From NCBI GenBank assembly GCA_951406725.2, contig OX597818.1, forward strand, positions 35,526,001 to 35,590,000: DNA of 64,000 bases, given 5' to 3'. The notes beneath the pieces are model-generated. The model was not told the origin of the DNA, made no database searches, and was given only the letters and a program-made list of their open reading frames with translations. The DNA is from Octopus vulgaris. Lineage: Eukaryota. Numbering within the stretch: the first letter of the stretch is position 1; each line of letters starts with the position of its first letter. Shown here one piece after another: positions 1 to 15,835 of the stretch. A program made the position numbers and the translations under genes.

Positions 1-249
1 AATAAAGATAAACTTTTTTTCTATTCCAAAGAAAAACGATTTTGTTCACACAAATATGCAATCGTAGAGTTTAAAGTACCAGTAATGATAAGGCTGTTGA
101 CTGGGAGAGCACAAACATGGTTTAAACGGTAAGCTTGGCAGGAAAGAAACGTACCTTAAAGCAGTACAAAAACAACAAAGAATGGAAGGTGTAGTTATGT
201 ACAGGTGGACGGAAGAAAAGCAGGACAAAAATGGCTTTATTGATCGCAT

Positions 250-404
250 TCTCACCTGGATTTTTGTAATTTTTTCAAGACTTATACACGCCCTGATACC
301 GTCTGCATCTACGTATCAAATTTGAGTGCAACCGGATGGAGGATGCCCGAGATCCTAGAAGACACACAGAGACAGACAGAACGGATTTTATATAAGAGAC
401 TAGA
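250..404 (+). mobile_element. Possible 3' end of a non-autonomous Helitron-like repeat
   Basis: caaatttgagtgcaaccgg motif, then a (GACA)-like tract, ending ...tttatataagagactag. This layout resembles invertebrate non-autonomous Helitron ends; no coding support. Confidence 0.25.
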
Positions 405-1547
405 TTAATAGTGTTCCAGCTGACCTATTGACAAACTCACTCCGGCTTTGGAATCCAATGTTTCGTTAAAATACAGTATATGTAAGACTACTTTATCTTA
501 TACACCATTCTATTTTAACATCATAATATGTAGTAAACAAATGATTTGGTTGTTATTGTTAACAGATCGAGTGGCCACATTAAAGCTTCCTTGCTGGTTT
601 GAACTTCATGATACCTGCTTCACCAGAGAAGTCAGTCGGATCATTTTAAGTGTTTGTCTGCAAGGCATCGAGTTTTGTAGACTTAATACAATTCTTGAAT
701 CGAGTCAGGACTTTTTCAATCAGCTTCGACCCTCTCATATCACTAATATTGACTGTAAAATTTATCGTTAATTTTTTTTACATCGATATCTGGATTAATG
801 CCGAAATATTTCACAGTTATTGCCTCAAAGTTAAACTTATACTTATCAAAGCAGAATTATATATGTGATTGCTTGTAAATTATACGTTCTTGATCTATGA
901 TGTGAAAAAATTAATCACATAGAATCTAACACATGGGTATTTGCTGGTTTATTAAACGATTACTAGTTGGTATATAATTGCAGTATGCATATGGATACAG
1001 TTGGTTTTACAAGTGTATTTGTTGGACATTGTTGATTTTTTTTTTAATCAATAGTACTGCACTTATTTTACAGCTATATCATGTAGGCTGCTATTATTGT
1101 TGCTGGTTGGTAAATTTTCTTACAATATAGATTTATGCAGAGAGGTAACCAAATAAGTAAGAAATACCATCGATGTTTCTGGTCTTTCCAATCGGGGGTC
1201 CTATCCAATATCGGTCTTAACTTTTATCACATAAGTTTATAACTCAAAATGTGCTAGTGGAATTTCTTTGAAAGTCGGTTGACGTTTTTGTCGTGGTGAT
1301 GTCAAACTTCCGGTACAAGTCTATCACCAAAGACAACGAAAGACAACCATCCATTTTTAGAAGGCATCCTCTTGCCAAAGAAATAGGATGACATTTGATG
1401 GAGATAAGGTTGTTTTTTTTTCCTAGCAGGTTGAATGAATATATATGTATACAAACTGTTTCGATAACGGTTTGTATCCTGAATCAGTCACTAGGACAAA
1501 GATTTTAAAAGTAATTTATTCGGCTGTCACAGTTTGCAGAGGAAAGC

Positions 1548-1604
<57 letters not shown>

Positions 1605-2319
1605 CACACACGCACATATATATATATATATGTATATACACACATAGGTAAAATACCTCTGGATGAATAATGTACTCCATACAGTAAAACGTAAAAAAAC
1701 TGCTATAGTTAATTGTAACATAAATAAACATTTTAAAACCATCATTCAACTGCAATACCAGTAGAGGTGATTATAAGATCAGAATTCAATTTGAGTTTAA
1801 AAAAATAACGCTATCACCTTCAACTGGATATCAACGAGGGAGCTTGCTTGAATTGTCGTAAGTGATGGACACTTGATGAAATTGCAGCGACTAGGATGCA
1901 TAATTCCATACAGAGCAATGTACAGTTGCTGCACTAGAAACATATATGTTGGTCATTGTTATATATGCTGCTGAAAACTTTTCAATAAATATGTTTTGGA
2001 TGTGTATAAATCTCCACTTTCCTCTTGATTTTCAATTATACAACACCTACGGTTAAACTCAACAGTCTTGTTTACATTTTTACCGTTTTGAAAATCAGCA
2101 TTTGTTTTCAACAGTTTTTCTTATAAGACTGACAGAGGAAGCTGACTTTAACCATAGGCGTTAAGAGTCGTTGATGAGGATTAAGATGGTCTACATCAAA
2201 ATCCGAAATCGCAATACAACTATGTACGCTAGGGACTTACCTCCCTTTGTCAGTCATTGTAACAGTGCTTCTTGAGTTGTTTTAACTCTTATACATATAC
2301 ATATATAATATATGTATGC

Positions 2320-2361
<42 letters not shown>

Positions 2362-2471
2362 ATATATATTATGTATGAATATATAAATGCATATATATAC
2401 ATATATGTATGTATATATATATACATATATATAAATACAAACATATGTGTATGTATGCATGCATGTATATG

Positions 2472-2502
<31 letters not shown>

Positions 2503-4591
2503 ACACAGGCTCACATACAATTTGCTAGACATTATAGTCCTCTTCCACATTTTAATTCATGGATGAATAGAAATTAATAGAAAGATAACTCCCCACTTTA
2601 TGAGTTGGCCTAAAACAAGCTTTTGTTTCTCAACAAATACTAAACATGCATTTATTTAACCCCTTGATGGGAATTCGTATAAAGTCGGTATAAGTGTCAC
2701 CGGACTTATTTATCCGACGCTCGTAAAATTAGGGATTGTATGTCACAATTCTTCATAGTATTGTTATTGACAATATTTGAAAATATCATTTACTTCCGCG
2801 TAAATATACAACTTACTTAAGGAAAATGAGATGATCATTCATTGTTACATTTACCATAATGGAACTCAATTATAGCTTGTAAATGATAAGAATCGAACCA
2901 GAGTTTATTGTTTGAATATAAACAAATAAGTATGCAATTAAACAGGTATATAATTACTGATATTTTAAATTATAGAACGTTAAGCGTGTATCTGTGCGCC
3001 TGCGTGAAATTCGTTTTTAGAAGACATTTGGCACAGACGTACAGCCTTGTCAATATAATTTACTCTCTCTCTCTATATATATATATATGATCAACTTCAT
3101 CCTTCTACAGTCAGTAAAATAAATATCAATCAAGTACTCCAAAATGTGTGGTCTTGCGCCAGACATCTCTTTGTTAAAATCAATTTTCTCTACAATGTAA
3201 CAATTAACTTCTGTATTGAAACTTAAATTTACTGAAGGAAATAGGAGAAACAGGAAACTCGGCGGAATTAAGCCGTGTTTATTCATTGAATAGTACATAT
3301 GAAAACGGAGAGAAGTGTGAATTTTTAAATAGACTAAGACGCAAATGTTGTTGTTGTGGTTGCTTTTGTTGTTGTTGTTGTTTAACCCCAGGTCAGCTTG
3401 ATTAAGTAATAATGTGATCAAAAGCATTCATGTTGAGGTTATACTGTCTAGACAGTCTCTAGAGAAACATTAGGTAATGCATTTTTCTATATTTTTTTAA
3501 AGTCAGTCGGGGTGTGGTATGAGGAAGGTTTGATTGCTATTTCTAGAAGTACGAGCAAACACGTCCAATAAAATCCATCCTGTTTTAACAGAATAAAATA
3601 GTATAAAATCAAGTCTAATGGATAACTTCCTGCCGTATATATAACAATACTGTCTCAAATGAGTCATAGTCGGCCGAGTGTTTATAATGCTAGTCCACCA
3701 GCGCAATGTGTCTGTGCTACCCGATCACTGGTACTAAGCTGTGTCCTTGGATAGCATTAAATCTTTCATGTAGCAACTTTGTAGGGAAGCTAGCATAAAT
3801 TAAGTTGGCAGTAAAAACTAGCCTTATCACTTTATCCCTGATGAGAGGTCTTGCTAGTCACCTATGCTGTGTAGAAAGCTTTTTAGGAATATACAGTATA
3901 TTCCTTTTCAGAAGGTCTTAATGCAGCTTTCTTTACAATTATTACCATTTTTGCTGCCATTCATATTCTGTTCAACGATGAACTAGTGAATCATATGTTG
4001 CCGATGAAGAAATTGAGGTTGATTTGTGTCAAAGTTGCCTTAGTTGTTACATGTTTTTATAGTACCCTTTATAGTTAGTACAGGCATCAATTCCTTAGAT
4101 ATGTATTAAGATATATATTGAAACAAGTATAGTTATTGACAAATCCATAATTAGTTTTAGATTCTTAGAAAATGTTTCAGTAAGTAATATATCTAAGATG
4201 TGCATGTGTATTTAAGCGATATTGATATAGACGATGGTGTAAGCTTTCATGAGCATAATAATCAGCGGGCTGATTTCAATAATTTGAAACTTGTCATATT
4301 ACGTAAGTGACTAATGCCCCTAATAAAAGCATGTTCATCACACAACAGCATCTCATGAGGCTGTAAAGGTATGATCATATGCTAACCTAAACGATCAATG
4401 TCTCCACTGATTAAATCTAAATGTGTACAGAGTCTATAGATCTACATATACGTATTGTTATGTAAGACTTGTAAAGAGTAACATACATGCAGTGTGAAAG
4501 ACTGTAAACCATATTTGATAAAGGACTCTATACGTTGGGCAGTTTGAACAGATACAACTTTGTATCAAAAGTTGATGGAGTATGAGTGAAT

Positions 4592-4750
4592 GCGCGTAGC
4601 TTTGTGGTTAGGGGTATTCGACTTACGATCGTAACGTCTTGAGTTCGAAAACTGGCGGTGCGATATGTACTTTGGCAAGACATTTTATTTCTCGTTGCTA
4701 GCAAAAATGTGTTGTATCTGTAATTTAAGGGGCCAACCTCGTGGCCGACG
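4592..4750 (+). mobile_element. Old tRNA-derived SINE head
   Basis: A-box-like tagctttgtggttag and B-box-like gagttcgaaaac, followed by ggcaagacattttatttctcgttgct as in the copies at 41.5 kb and 55.2 kb. Confidence 0.55.
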
Positions 4751-4827
4751 GAGTACCAGTTTGATACACTATTCTGAATTCTACACTTGGCTGTTCAAGT
4801 TTGACGGGAAAGTTCAACGGCAGAAAT

Positions 4828-4894
<67 letters not shown>

Positions 4895-5118
4895 ACATAC
4901 AGACGCAAAATTCATATATGCATACATATGCACATAGAAAACATAGCCTGTTATCCTCCATCCTTTGGTTATATTATCATTGTACACACACACGCACACA
5001 CGCTCACGCGTACATATACGCACACACGTGTGTGTGTGTGATCAGTAAGAAACTTGCTTCTCATCTACATGGTTCCAGGTCCAATCCCACTGGCAGATTG
5101 TATATATTTATATATATA

Positions 5119-5378
5119 TTATAATTAGGGTTCAGCAAAGATTTGCTTCACCACATACCGAAGTTTAGAAATAGCAGTCAAAAAATCTTAGCTATTCCTT
5201 CTACTTTAAAAGGGAATCCCAGAAAAATCAAAATACTTGAAAACAAGTGTTTTCAAGAGTTTTCAAGTATTTCGATTTTTCTGGGAGCCTCTTTTAAAGT
5301 AGAAGGAATAGCTAAGAAATTTTGACTTCTAAACTTCGGTATGTGGTGAAGCAAATCTTTGCTGAACCCTAATTATAA
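5119..5378. repeat. ~260 bp fold-back inverted duplication between (TA)n tracts
   Basis: ttataattagggttcagcaaagatttgcttcaccacataccgaagtttagaa... is mirrored by ...ttctaaacttcggtatgtggtgaagcaaatctttgctgaaccctaattataa; short spacer near 5245-5260. Confidence 0.92.
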
Positions 5379-5441
5379 AGTATTACTTAAGTTTACCATG
5401 AAATGGTCTTTCATGCCGAATTCTACTTGGTGAAATTACTG

Positions 5442-5497
<56 letters not shown>

Positions 5498-5565
5498 AAC
5501 TTAGATAAACTTAGATATGTTTCGACCAATGATTGGTCCAGGCCATGTCTAACTTAATAGCACCA

Positions 5566-5613
<48 letters not shown>

Positions 5614-5863
5614 TAAATATATACTTATATGTACACCGACACATATACATACTACATAAATGTGAATGTGAAAGTGTGTGTGTGTAAGTATGTTTATGAA
5701 GTTCTCTTTACAATCATAAGTTCCCGCCTTCGTTACCATAGCACGTTATATTAGTATATTTACCTATTTACATGTATATGTCTAAATGTCTATATATGTA
5801 TGTATACGTGCACACATCTTTCTACTTGTCTAACTTTTGATGTAGGTATGTATGTAAGCATGC

Positions 5864-5934
<71 letters not shown>

Positions 5935-5965
5935 AATCTATCTATCTATATACACACACACACAT

Positions 5966-6042
<77 letters not shown>

Positions 6043-6802
6043 AATATCCATACATACAGCCATATAGACACATACACCCATACATACACACCTCATACAC
6101 ATATACGTGCTGTAATAAATTGCTGGCAGATTGTAAATTTTTCCATTAAAATTGAAAGCAGTAAAGTATTAAATGCTGTACTTCTAGAGGCAATAATTAA
6201 TCTTCAATTTATCTCATCCGTTCTAAAATATACATCTATTTTCCGATACGTCACCAAAATACAATCTGGCTAATTATTCTGTACCACCTTGTTCTTTATA
6301 GCGTTTCATATGCAGAAGTCGTTGACATGTTTTTCTCGTTCGTATGTCATTGAAATTTTTTATAACTGTTTAGGCAGCCATTTTAACATTTTTATAGCCA
6401 CGCAAACACGAACACTCACACACATATACACACAGACGAAAATACAACCAGGATTCTCTTCGTTGTTTGTGGAATTTGTTAGACGATAGCTTGAAAGTTA
6501 CCCTCAGTCACATCACGTCTTTAAACTGTGAATGCAGATTAGATAAGTTAGTTCTATATCCAGAAAACAAGTTCGCGTGTTCACGGAAGTAATGGTTTTG
6601 GTTATAGAACTCTTCGCTCGGGTTTGATCTGGGAGTTGACAACAATAACAAAACAACTCGTTTGTTTCATGTCGACTATACACAGTTATAAATGTCATTC
6701 AAAAGTTTCAGCAAGGATGGGTACAATATCTGACATTTCTCCTTTATTAACATATTTCTTTCTTTCTGTCTGTCTGTCTGTCTATCTGTCTATCTATCTA
6801 TC

Positions 6803-6869
<67 letters not shown>

Positions 6870-6880
6870 AATCAATCTAT

Positions 6881-7345
<465 letters not shown>

Positions 7346-7363
7346 ACGCGAGATTAAAAAAAT

Positions 7364-7441
7364 CTATCTATCTATCTACCTACCTATCTATCCATCCATC
7401 CATCCATCCATCCATCCATCCATCCATCCATCCATCCATCC

Positions 7442-7496
<55 letters not shown>

Positions 7497-7573
7497 CATC
7501 CATCCATCCATCCATCCATCCATCCATCTATCTATTTATCCATCCATCCATCCATCCATCCATCCATCCATCC

Positions 7574-7624
<51 letters not shown>

Positions 7625-7692
7625 CATCCATCCATCCATCTATCTATCTATCCATCCATCCATCCATCCATCCATCTATCCATCCATCCATC

Positions 7693-7788
<96 letters not shown>

Positions 7789-7790
7789 GT
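7364..7790. repeat. Compound (ATCT)n/(ATCC)n microsatellite
   Basis: Directly visible tetranucleotide arrays. Confidence 0.95.
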
Positions 7791-8544
7791 ATGTCTATCA
7801 GTCTATCTGTATGTATACCTATCTACAAGGTATAGTGTCTGTGAGAAACATTGATTCATACTTACACTGTCTAAACATATGATTGAATCTCTGTCAATGT
7901 CTGCATCACCTTTCTTTCTTTATTATTCTGTTTTTCATTCATTCATTTATTCATTCATTCATTCATTCATTCATTCTTTACTTATTTATTTATTTCCTTG
8001 TTTGTTTATTTGTTTCTTTCTCCCACCCCCCCTTCACACACTCGCGCGCTCAATCACACGCCCGCTCACTCACTCACATCATAGGCGTTCACGCATGCAC
8101 GCATGCGCACACACACACACACACACACTCACTCACTCACACATGTATACGCTTTCTTTTAATCAATTTATTTTCATCGTTTCCACCGCACGAAATTTCT
8201 TTCAATTGAGGTACCAAAATTGACACACTTCATGCATGAATGCGTCTAAAAGTTCCTGAATAGTCAGTAGTTGAATCATACTGTAACCGTATGTTATCTC
8301 CAATTCCAAAAATGTTTCGTTTTGTTTAGGTGCCCTTGGAATAAATTCCACGGAACAATCAATACCATACTTCCCTGCACTAGTAATAAAAAGTTATCAA
8401 TTTTCAGTTAGAAACAGATTTAGAGGTTACCATAAATAGATGTTTAGACCTTATTACTGTTTAGCCTTAGTTCAGTTCTGATCGTGTGTTTGACTTCTTT
8501 CGTCGTGGTCGATGGTATTGCAGTGACAGTAACTATACACCTCG

Positions 8545-9397
8545 AGGCGGCGAGCTGGCAGAAACGTTAGCACGCCGGGTGAAATGCTTAGCGGTATTTC
8601 CGTCTGCCGTTACGTTCTGAGTTCAAATTCCGCCGAAGCTGACTTTGCCTTTCATCCTTTCGGGGTCGATTAAATAAGTACTAGTTACCCTCTGGGGTCG
8701 ATATAATCGACTTAATCCGTTTGTCTGTCCTTGTTTGTCCCCTCTGTGTGCAGCCCATTGTGGACAGTAAAGAAATAAGAAACGTTAGAACGCCGGGTGA
8801 AATGCTTTGCGGTATTTCGTCTGCCGTTACGTTCTGAGTTCAAATTCCGCCGAAGCTGACTTTGCCTTTCATCCTTTCGGGGTCGATTAAATAAGTACTA
8901 GTTACCCTCTGGGGTCGATATAATCGACTGGATCCGTTTGTCTGTCCTTGTTTATTCCCTCTGTGTTTAGCCCCTTGTGGGTAGTAAAGAAATAGGTATT
9001 TCACCTGGCGCTACGTTCTGAGTTCAAATTTCGCCGAGGTCAACTTTGCCTTTCATCCTTTCGGGGTCGATAAATTAAGTACCAGTTACGCACTGGAGTT
9101 GATGTAATCGACTTAATCCCTTTGTCTGTCCTTGTTTGTCCCCTCTGTGTGCAGCCCCTTGTGGGGAGTAAAGAAATAAGACACGTTAGCACGCCGGGCG
9201 AAATGCGTAGCCTTATTTCGTCTGCTGTTACGTTGTGAGTTCAAATTCCGCCGAGGTCAACTTTGCCTTTCATCCTTTCGGGGTCGATAAATTAAGGACA
9301 AGTTACGCAGTGGGGTTGATGTAATCGACTTCATCCCTTTGTCTGTCCTTGTTTGCCTCCTCTATGTTTAGCCCCTTGTGTGCAATAGAGAAATAAG
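8545..9397 (+). mobile_element. Head-to-tail array of four family B SINE units (Nin/Deu-like central domain)
   Basis: Four ~185-235 bp units each containing gagttcaaattccgccga...ctttgcctttcatcctttcggggtcgat...aagtac; only unit 1 keeps the aggcggcgagctggcagaa 5' end. Confidence 0.88.
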
Positions 9398-9917
9398 TAA
9401 CTTTACCACCTCCGCTATGCCAGGGCTGTTTCTAGTAGCAGATGCATAGCTCTAAATACACTTACCACCTCTTCCTCCGCTCATGGATATACCACGAAGG
9501 AAAGACAAATCAACATGGCCACATTATTTACGAAATTAGAGAGGATGTCGAACTTTGATTAAGCGTAGTCCAGTGAAAAAATGGATTGAAGCTGCACTGT
9601 CTCATGTACTTCTGATATTCTGTATTATGCCATAGCTTTCATTATCAGATTTTCTTTCTATTTTCTATTTGAAAATGGTACATTTAAAAAAAAATACTAG
9701 GAAGATTTCGATGATGTCTTGTAGCATGAAAACCGATGTTGCTATGATAAAGTTGAGTCTAGGGATAAAAATCATGTTCGTTGTGATGCTTGAAGTCTCC
9801 TCAGCAACATCAAGAGAAAAAGTAAACACAATCCGTTAAAATCATGTGACTTGCTGTACAGATATTCACAGTGATTCAGAAACAGTGACGGTGAAACACA
9901 AAGCAAACACAAATATC

Positions 9918-9953
<36 letters not shown>

Positions 9954-9994
9954 ACGCACACGCACATCCACACACATACACTCACACACGTACC

Positions 9995-10890
<896 letters not shown>

Positions 10891-11384
10891 TGAACTTCAA
10901 TAAACTTAGATATGTTTTACTGAAAGATTGGCCCATGTGATTGTCTAACTTAATGGCACCACCTGACTTGATCTGTTACGTAATTTTTAGGTCAATTTTT
11001 TTTTTGTGTGTAATATGGCTCATTCATGTACGTAGTCGTTGTTGACTGTGATATATCCAGGTATGGGTAGCTTTTCAGGTATATTTTAAAAAAAATTTTC
11101 AGGTATTGTTTGGAGGTGATGGTATCATTTTCTTCTTTGCTTTCTTTGGGGGGATAATGTTAAATACAGCATGCATGTTCTGTTGAGGAAAAGAAATTAT
11201 GTTGCCGTGTATTTTGCTGTTGTGAGTCTGAACTGAGTTGGGGGCGTACGGCACTTGGCCTCAAACTTTGCTGAATTATGAATTTGATGTTAAGGTTGTT
11301 TGGGTGCTGATGGTATAGTCGCTACACTGTGCGAATGATGTGTCGCTTTCGGTGGTATTGGAGAGAATAATGTTTCAATGTTTT

Positions 11385-11615
11385 AAGGCGGTCCCAATAA
11401 TCAAAATCAGTCATGCCTTTTATTCTTTGAGTAATTGCCTTCTGAGTTGACTCTGAGTTGGCTCTATCCTCGCAATGTTTAGTCTCATGCTGGGAGACCA
11501 CGTGGGATGGGCAGCAGTATTCTAGGTATGGCCGTACAAAGAAAGAGAAATGGACCAGAACGTTTTGAGCATCCAGGACTCATACTGCGTGCCATATCTA
11601 CTTTATTGCATACCT
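11385..11615 (-). mobile_element. Degenerate CR1/L2-group LINE RT C-terminal fragment
   Basis: Minus-strand translation includes FFVRPYLEYCCP followed by a frameshifted WSP, matching the VRPHLEYC.PVWSP motif of CR1-group ORF2. Confidence 0.65.
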
Positions 11616-11955
11616 ACTTTATTTTCCAACCCTTGCCTTTTCAAATATCCCGAAGTAGTTGATATAGACCCGGAATATAAATAAAAGGTAAAACTGCAAC
11701 TTTGTTTTGTTTTGATTAATTTTCCATTTGTAGTTTTTTTTGTACCTTCGCACATTGTTCTGGCCTTACACAACAAATCCTATTAACATATACAGTACAC
11801 ACACACACACACGCACACGTAGTATCTTCCATGATGCGACTACATGTATATCCATGCGACAATGTAACCTTTAATTTAATCAAGATATCCTTGGCCTGAA
11901 GAGTAACCGGGGTATACACCTCGCTTGGATTTTTACCACTTCTAAGGTTCCGCTC

Positions 11956-12370
<415 letters not shown>

Positions 12371-13522
12371 ACTAAGTAGTCAATGTTGAACATTATATAA
12401 TATCATTCCTGCTGTGGTTACTGCCTTGAAGTAATAATAGATTGGAGTTTAACGCCATGTTAACTAATTGAGCTCTTGAATGCTGTGGCTATATATTTTC
12501 AGTGCACAAGTACTTACTTTCAATTCGTAGGACATGAGAAAATACATACATATATATATATATGTGTGTGTGCGTGTCTGAGTGTGTACATATATATATT
12601 TATACATGTACATACATACATGTATGTATTTATCTATGTACCTTCGGTACAGAGAGAGGGAGAGGTATCTGCTACGGAACTTTTGCTCTAACTTATTGAT
12701 TCAAAACTGAATCCTGTGTTTCAAGGAGATATTATTAACCTTAAAGTTCGGTCGATGTCTTGCTTGTCGTTTTAAGTTGTCACAACTTTCAGTCAACAAG
12801 ATCAACGTTTATTGGAATTTTTGTGTATCGCCTTTTTTGTGTTTTTTTTTTAATTCCAACTTGTTTCAAATTTATAAAACACATCAAAATAAGTCAAATA
12901 TTCTAGCAGTAAATTTTCCTCTCTGAAAACGCAAAAAAAAAAAAACCCCTAAAAATTGTCATATCCGTTATATGTTTTCAGTAAATTTTATCTCTCAGAA
13001 ATGCACTGTCATCTTCCCATTAGTTACTCATCAAACTATGACATTTTATTTCAGCCACTTAATATATTAAGATTTAAAATGAAAAAACGAAAAGAAGTTG
13101 AAAAAATTGAGGTGGACAGATTTTACAAATTTTACATCGCGTCCTTTTGTCTGAATATACGTCAAATAAACAATGCGATGAATACTCTTTTTCCCTATTG
13201 AAAAAATTCTATTTAAAAATAAATATATAGAAAAATAAACATTTTCACATTCCTAATCCAATTGCCACAATTATTTCATGCTCCTTATTGATTTCTTTAG
13301 AAATCTTATACACATCTGTGTCCCACCCATTTAAATCCGTTACTGTGCAGATATTCGTAAGCAGTAACACTTGAAGTGTGGTGACCCGAAATAAATTGTC
13401 GACTAAAGCTTCCGATATTTTTCCTTCTAACACTTTCCTAGAGTGATCGGAAGTTATTTCAAGCAAGATGGCGCTAACGTTTATTTTTGATTTGAATCCC
13501 ACACACATATACATACATACAA

Positions 13523-13590
<68 letters not shown>

Positions 13591-13978
13591 CGTATGTGCA
13601 TTTATGTATACACACACACATACAAACACACACACACACACACAAACATATACATACATACATACGTATATCAGTTTGGCAGTACAAAATGGATGAATAC
13701 AACTCAAAACATTAGTATGTATATATATTTTTCGAAATTTTTAATCGGCAGAAGTTGCAAAATGATTCAAATGGTGAGGGCTTCGTGCAAACCACGTATT
13801 TGTTTTGGTAAGTGCCAAGCATGAAATTCCCGGCACTCGAGTCACTTTTTAAGTTCTACAGATTAACGTACGATACATGCACACACACACATACACACAC
13901 ACATACACACACGTACATACACACAGATATACATATATGTATGTATATTTATAATTATATTTACATGTATAGATATAT

Positions 13979-14244
13979 AACAGTTGGAGCGTGGAAGGTG
14001 TTTATAAGCCATTTAAGAAACACACAAAAACCGTTTGATGCACTTCAACATTTAAATATAATTTGCCAAAATATTTTCGTGGCTTTGAGATCGCAACCTG
14101 TTCACCGACAAAATTCTGCGAACAGGCCACGGTCTCAAAGCGACGAAAATGTTTTGACAAATTATATTTAAATGTTGAAGTGAATCTAACGGTTTTTGTG
14201 TGTTTCTCAAATGGCTTATAAACACCTTCCATGCTGCAATTGTT
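13979..14244. repeat. ~265 bp fold-back inverted duplication with a hammerhead-like motif on each arm
   Basis: tggaaggtgtttataagccattt... is mirrored by ...aaatggcttataaacaccttcca; ~12 nt spacer near 14106-14117; right arm runs on ~55 bp to (TA)n. Confidence 0.92.
14062..14112 (-). ncRNA. Hammerhead-like motif with G3-C8 core variant
   Basis: Minus strand TTTGTCG GTGAACA gGTTGC gatctcaaa GCCAC GAAA ATAT T T TGGCAAA: 7-bp helix I (two wobbles), core GUGAACA, palindromic helix III AATATT. The mirrored copy at 14118-14161 (+) supplies GCGAC and TGACAAA. Confidence 0.62.
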
Positions 14245-14299
14245 TTCATTCCAGCACACGATCTCAGATCAGGTCAATTGCTATGCAAGTACATCTCCG

Positions 14300-14350
<51 letters not shown>

Positions 14351-14544
14351 TATATAGATATACATACATACATACATACATACATATAAGCACATATATA
14401 TATTTACAGATACTATTTACAGTTATATATGTATGTGTGTGTGTTTGTGTGTGTATGTATAGATACATACATAAATAGTTATGGATAGATGGATAGATGA
14501 ATCTGCATATATATTGTATATACATATATGTATATTTGTATGTC

Positions 14545-14588
<44 letters not shown>

Positions 14589-14626
14589 CATACATACATA
14601 CATACATACATACATACATACATACA

Positions 14627-14662
<36 letters not shown>

Positions 14663-15624
14663 TATGTATGTTTATACATACATGTTCATATATGTATACA
14701 TGTATGGATATGGAATTTCAACTTTACAGCTATATAAATGAAACATAAATCTAACCTAGAAGACGAAGACAGAAAATTTCAAGGTTGTCATGAATATTAA
14801 AGAACGAAGAATATGTACTCTCTTAGTGAATTTTAACTCTAATTAGTTGTTCTGTAGGCTGATTTCGTACAATTTAGACAAAATTGATAGCGCTGCAGGG
14901 ATGCATTTGTATGAGTTATTTGGTAATTACTGTCTTTGATGTTGCATAACTCCCGCTGTGGTCTTATCAATAGACTTATGACCTATTCCATTGTTGGTCA
15001 TTATACCACTTCGTATATCCAATAGTGTTATTATCCAGCTTGACATTCCCTGTTAGGGCCTGTTTAAAGATTTGAGTGCTATTTCTGGTAGATTGAACGG
15101 TCACATAGAGACTTACTTGTTTGCTCATAATTACGTGGTTTGAAAATGTGTGCTCCTGAATGTATGTGCTTGCACGCTTGTTCGTGATCTGTATGTGTGC
15201 GCATGTACAGACCTGTGTGTGTCAGTGTTTTTGTGTGCTTATGTGTATGTGCGCGCGCGTGTGTTTGCTTGCCTTATTTATCATTTACTGATTCTTTTTT
15301 GTCTGACGCATCAAGTCGTCAAGATATTTGGAAATGACAAGATTCATACTGTGAACCCTGGTTCAGCTTCTTTAGCGATGACTTGCAGCCGATATTTTAT
15401 TCGACGGAATTGTCAGAGGCAGAACGTCAAATATTTATACAGTGATGAAAGATTCTGTAACACTAAAACATTTTTTTCATGCCTGCAGCGCTGATGTACA
15501 AGAACGGAAATGACTTCAACTAGAAAGCAGATTATGAACATAGTTCAATAGGCAAGGCAAATTTCCGACGTCTAACGATTTTTATCAATTTTTCACCATC
15601 AATGATTCCATAATGATTTCTGAC

Positions 15625-15835
15625 ATTAGCAACCACATCAAAAATAAGCGATGGAGAATGCCTAATTTTCACAATTTGAATCGGTATATTATGGATAGAC
15701 AGATAAGAAACAAACAACGCATAAATTAAAATTGGAACAATTAAAGACACTATATCATGGATAGTCAGAATAAAAATAAACAATGGAAAATGTCTAATTA
15801 AAACAAGTAAAACCAATAAATTATGGATGATCGGG
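15625..15835. repeat. Cryptic diverged tandem repeat with 66-bp period
   Basis: atggat recurs at 15691, 15757 and 15823; aaaaataa.c.atgga.aatg.ctaatt recurs 132 bp apart. Confidence 0.65.

Noticed and set aside
3832-3900. CTGATGA...GAAAGCTTT hammerhead candidate
   Set aside because: Helix II does not abut GAAA and helix I is at most 3 bp; too degenerate to call.
5497-5568. Repeat (second copy ~10901-10964) with hammerhead-like geometry on minus (TTAGA...GACCAA/TTGGTC GAAA CATA TCTAA)
   Set aside because: The core position reads CATGGCCTG or CAATCACATG, not NUGANNA; the repeat is real but the ribozyme call is unsupported.
8545-9397. Regular repeat array considered as CRISPR or a retrozyme tandem
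   Set aside because: Units are ~200 bp SINE copies without unique spacers, and no hammerhead core was found.
15625-15835. Reflectin-like MD repeats on the plus strand
   Set aside because: MD spacing is 22 rather than the close MD(X)5MD pattern, composition is not Met/Tyr/Arg-rich, and the frame has several stops.
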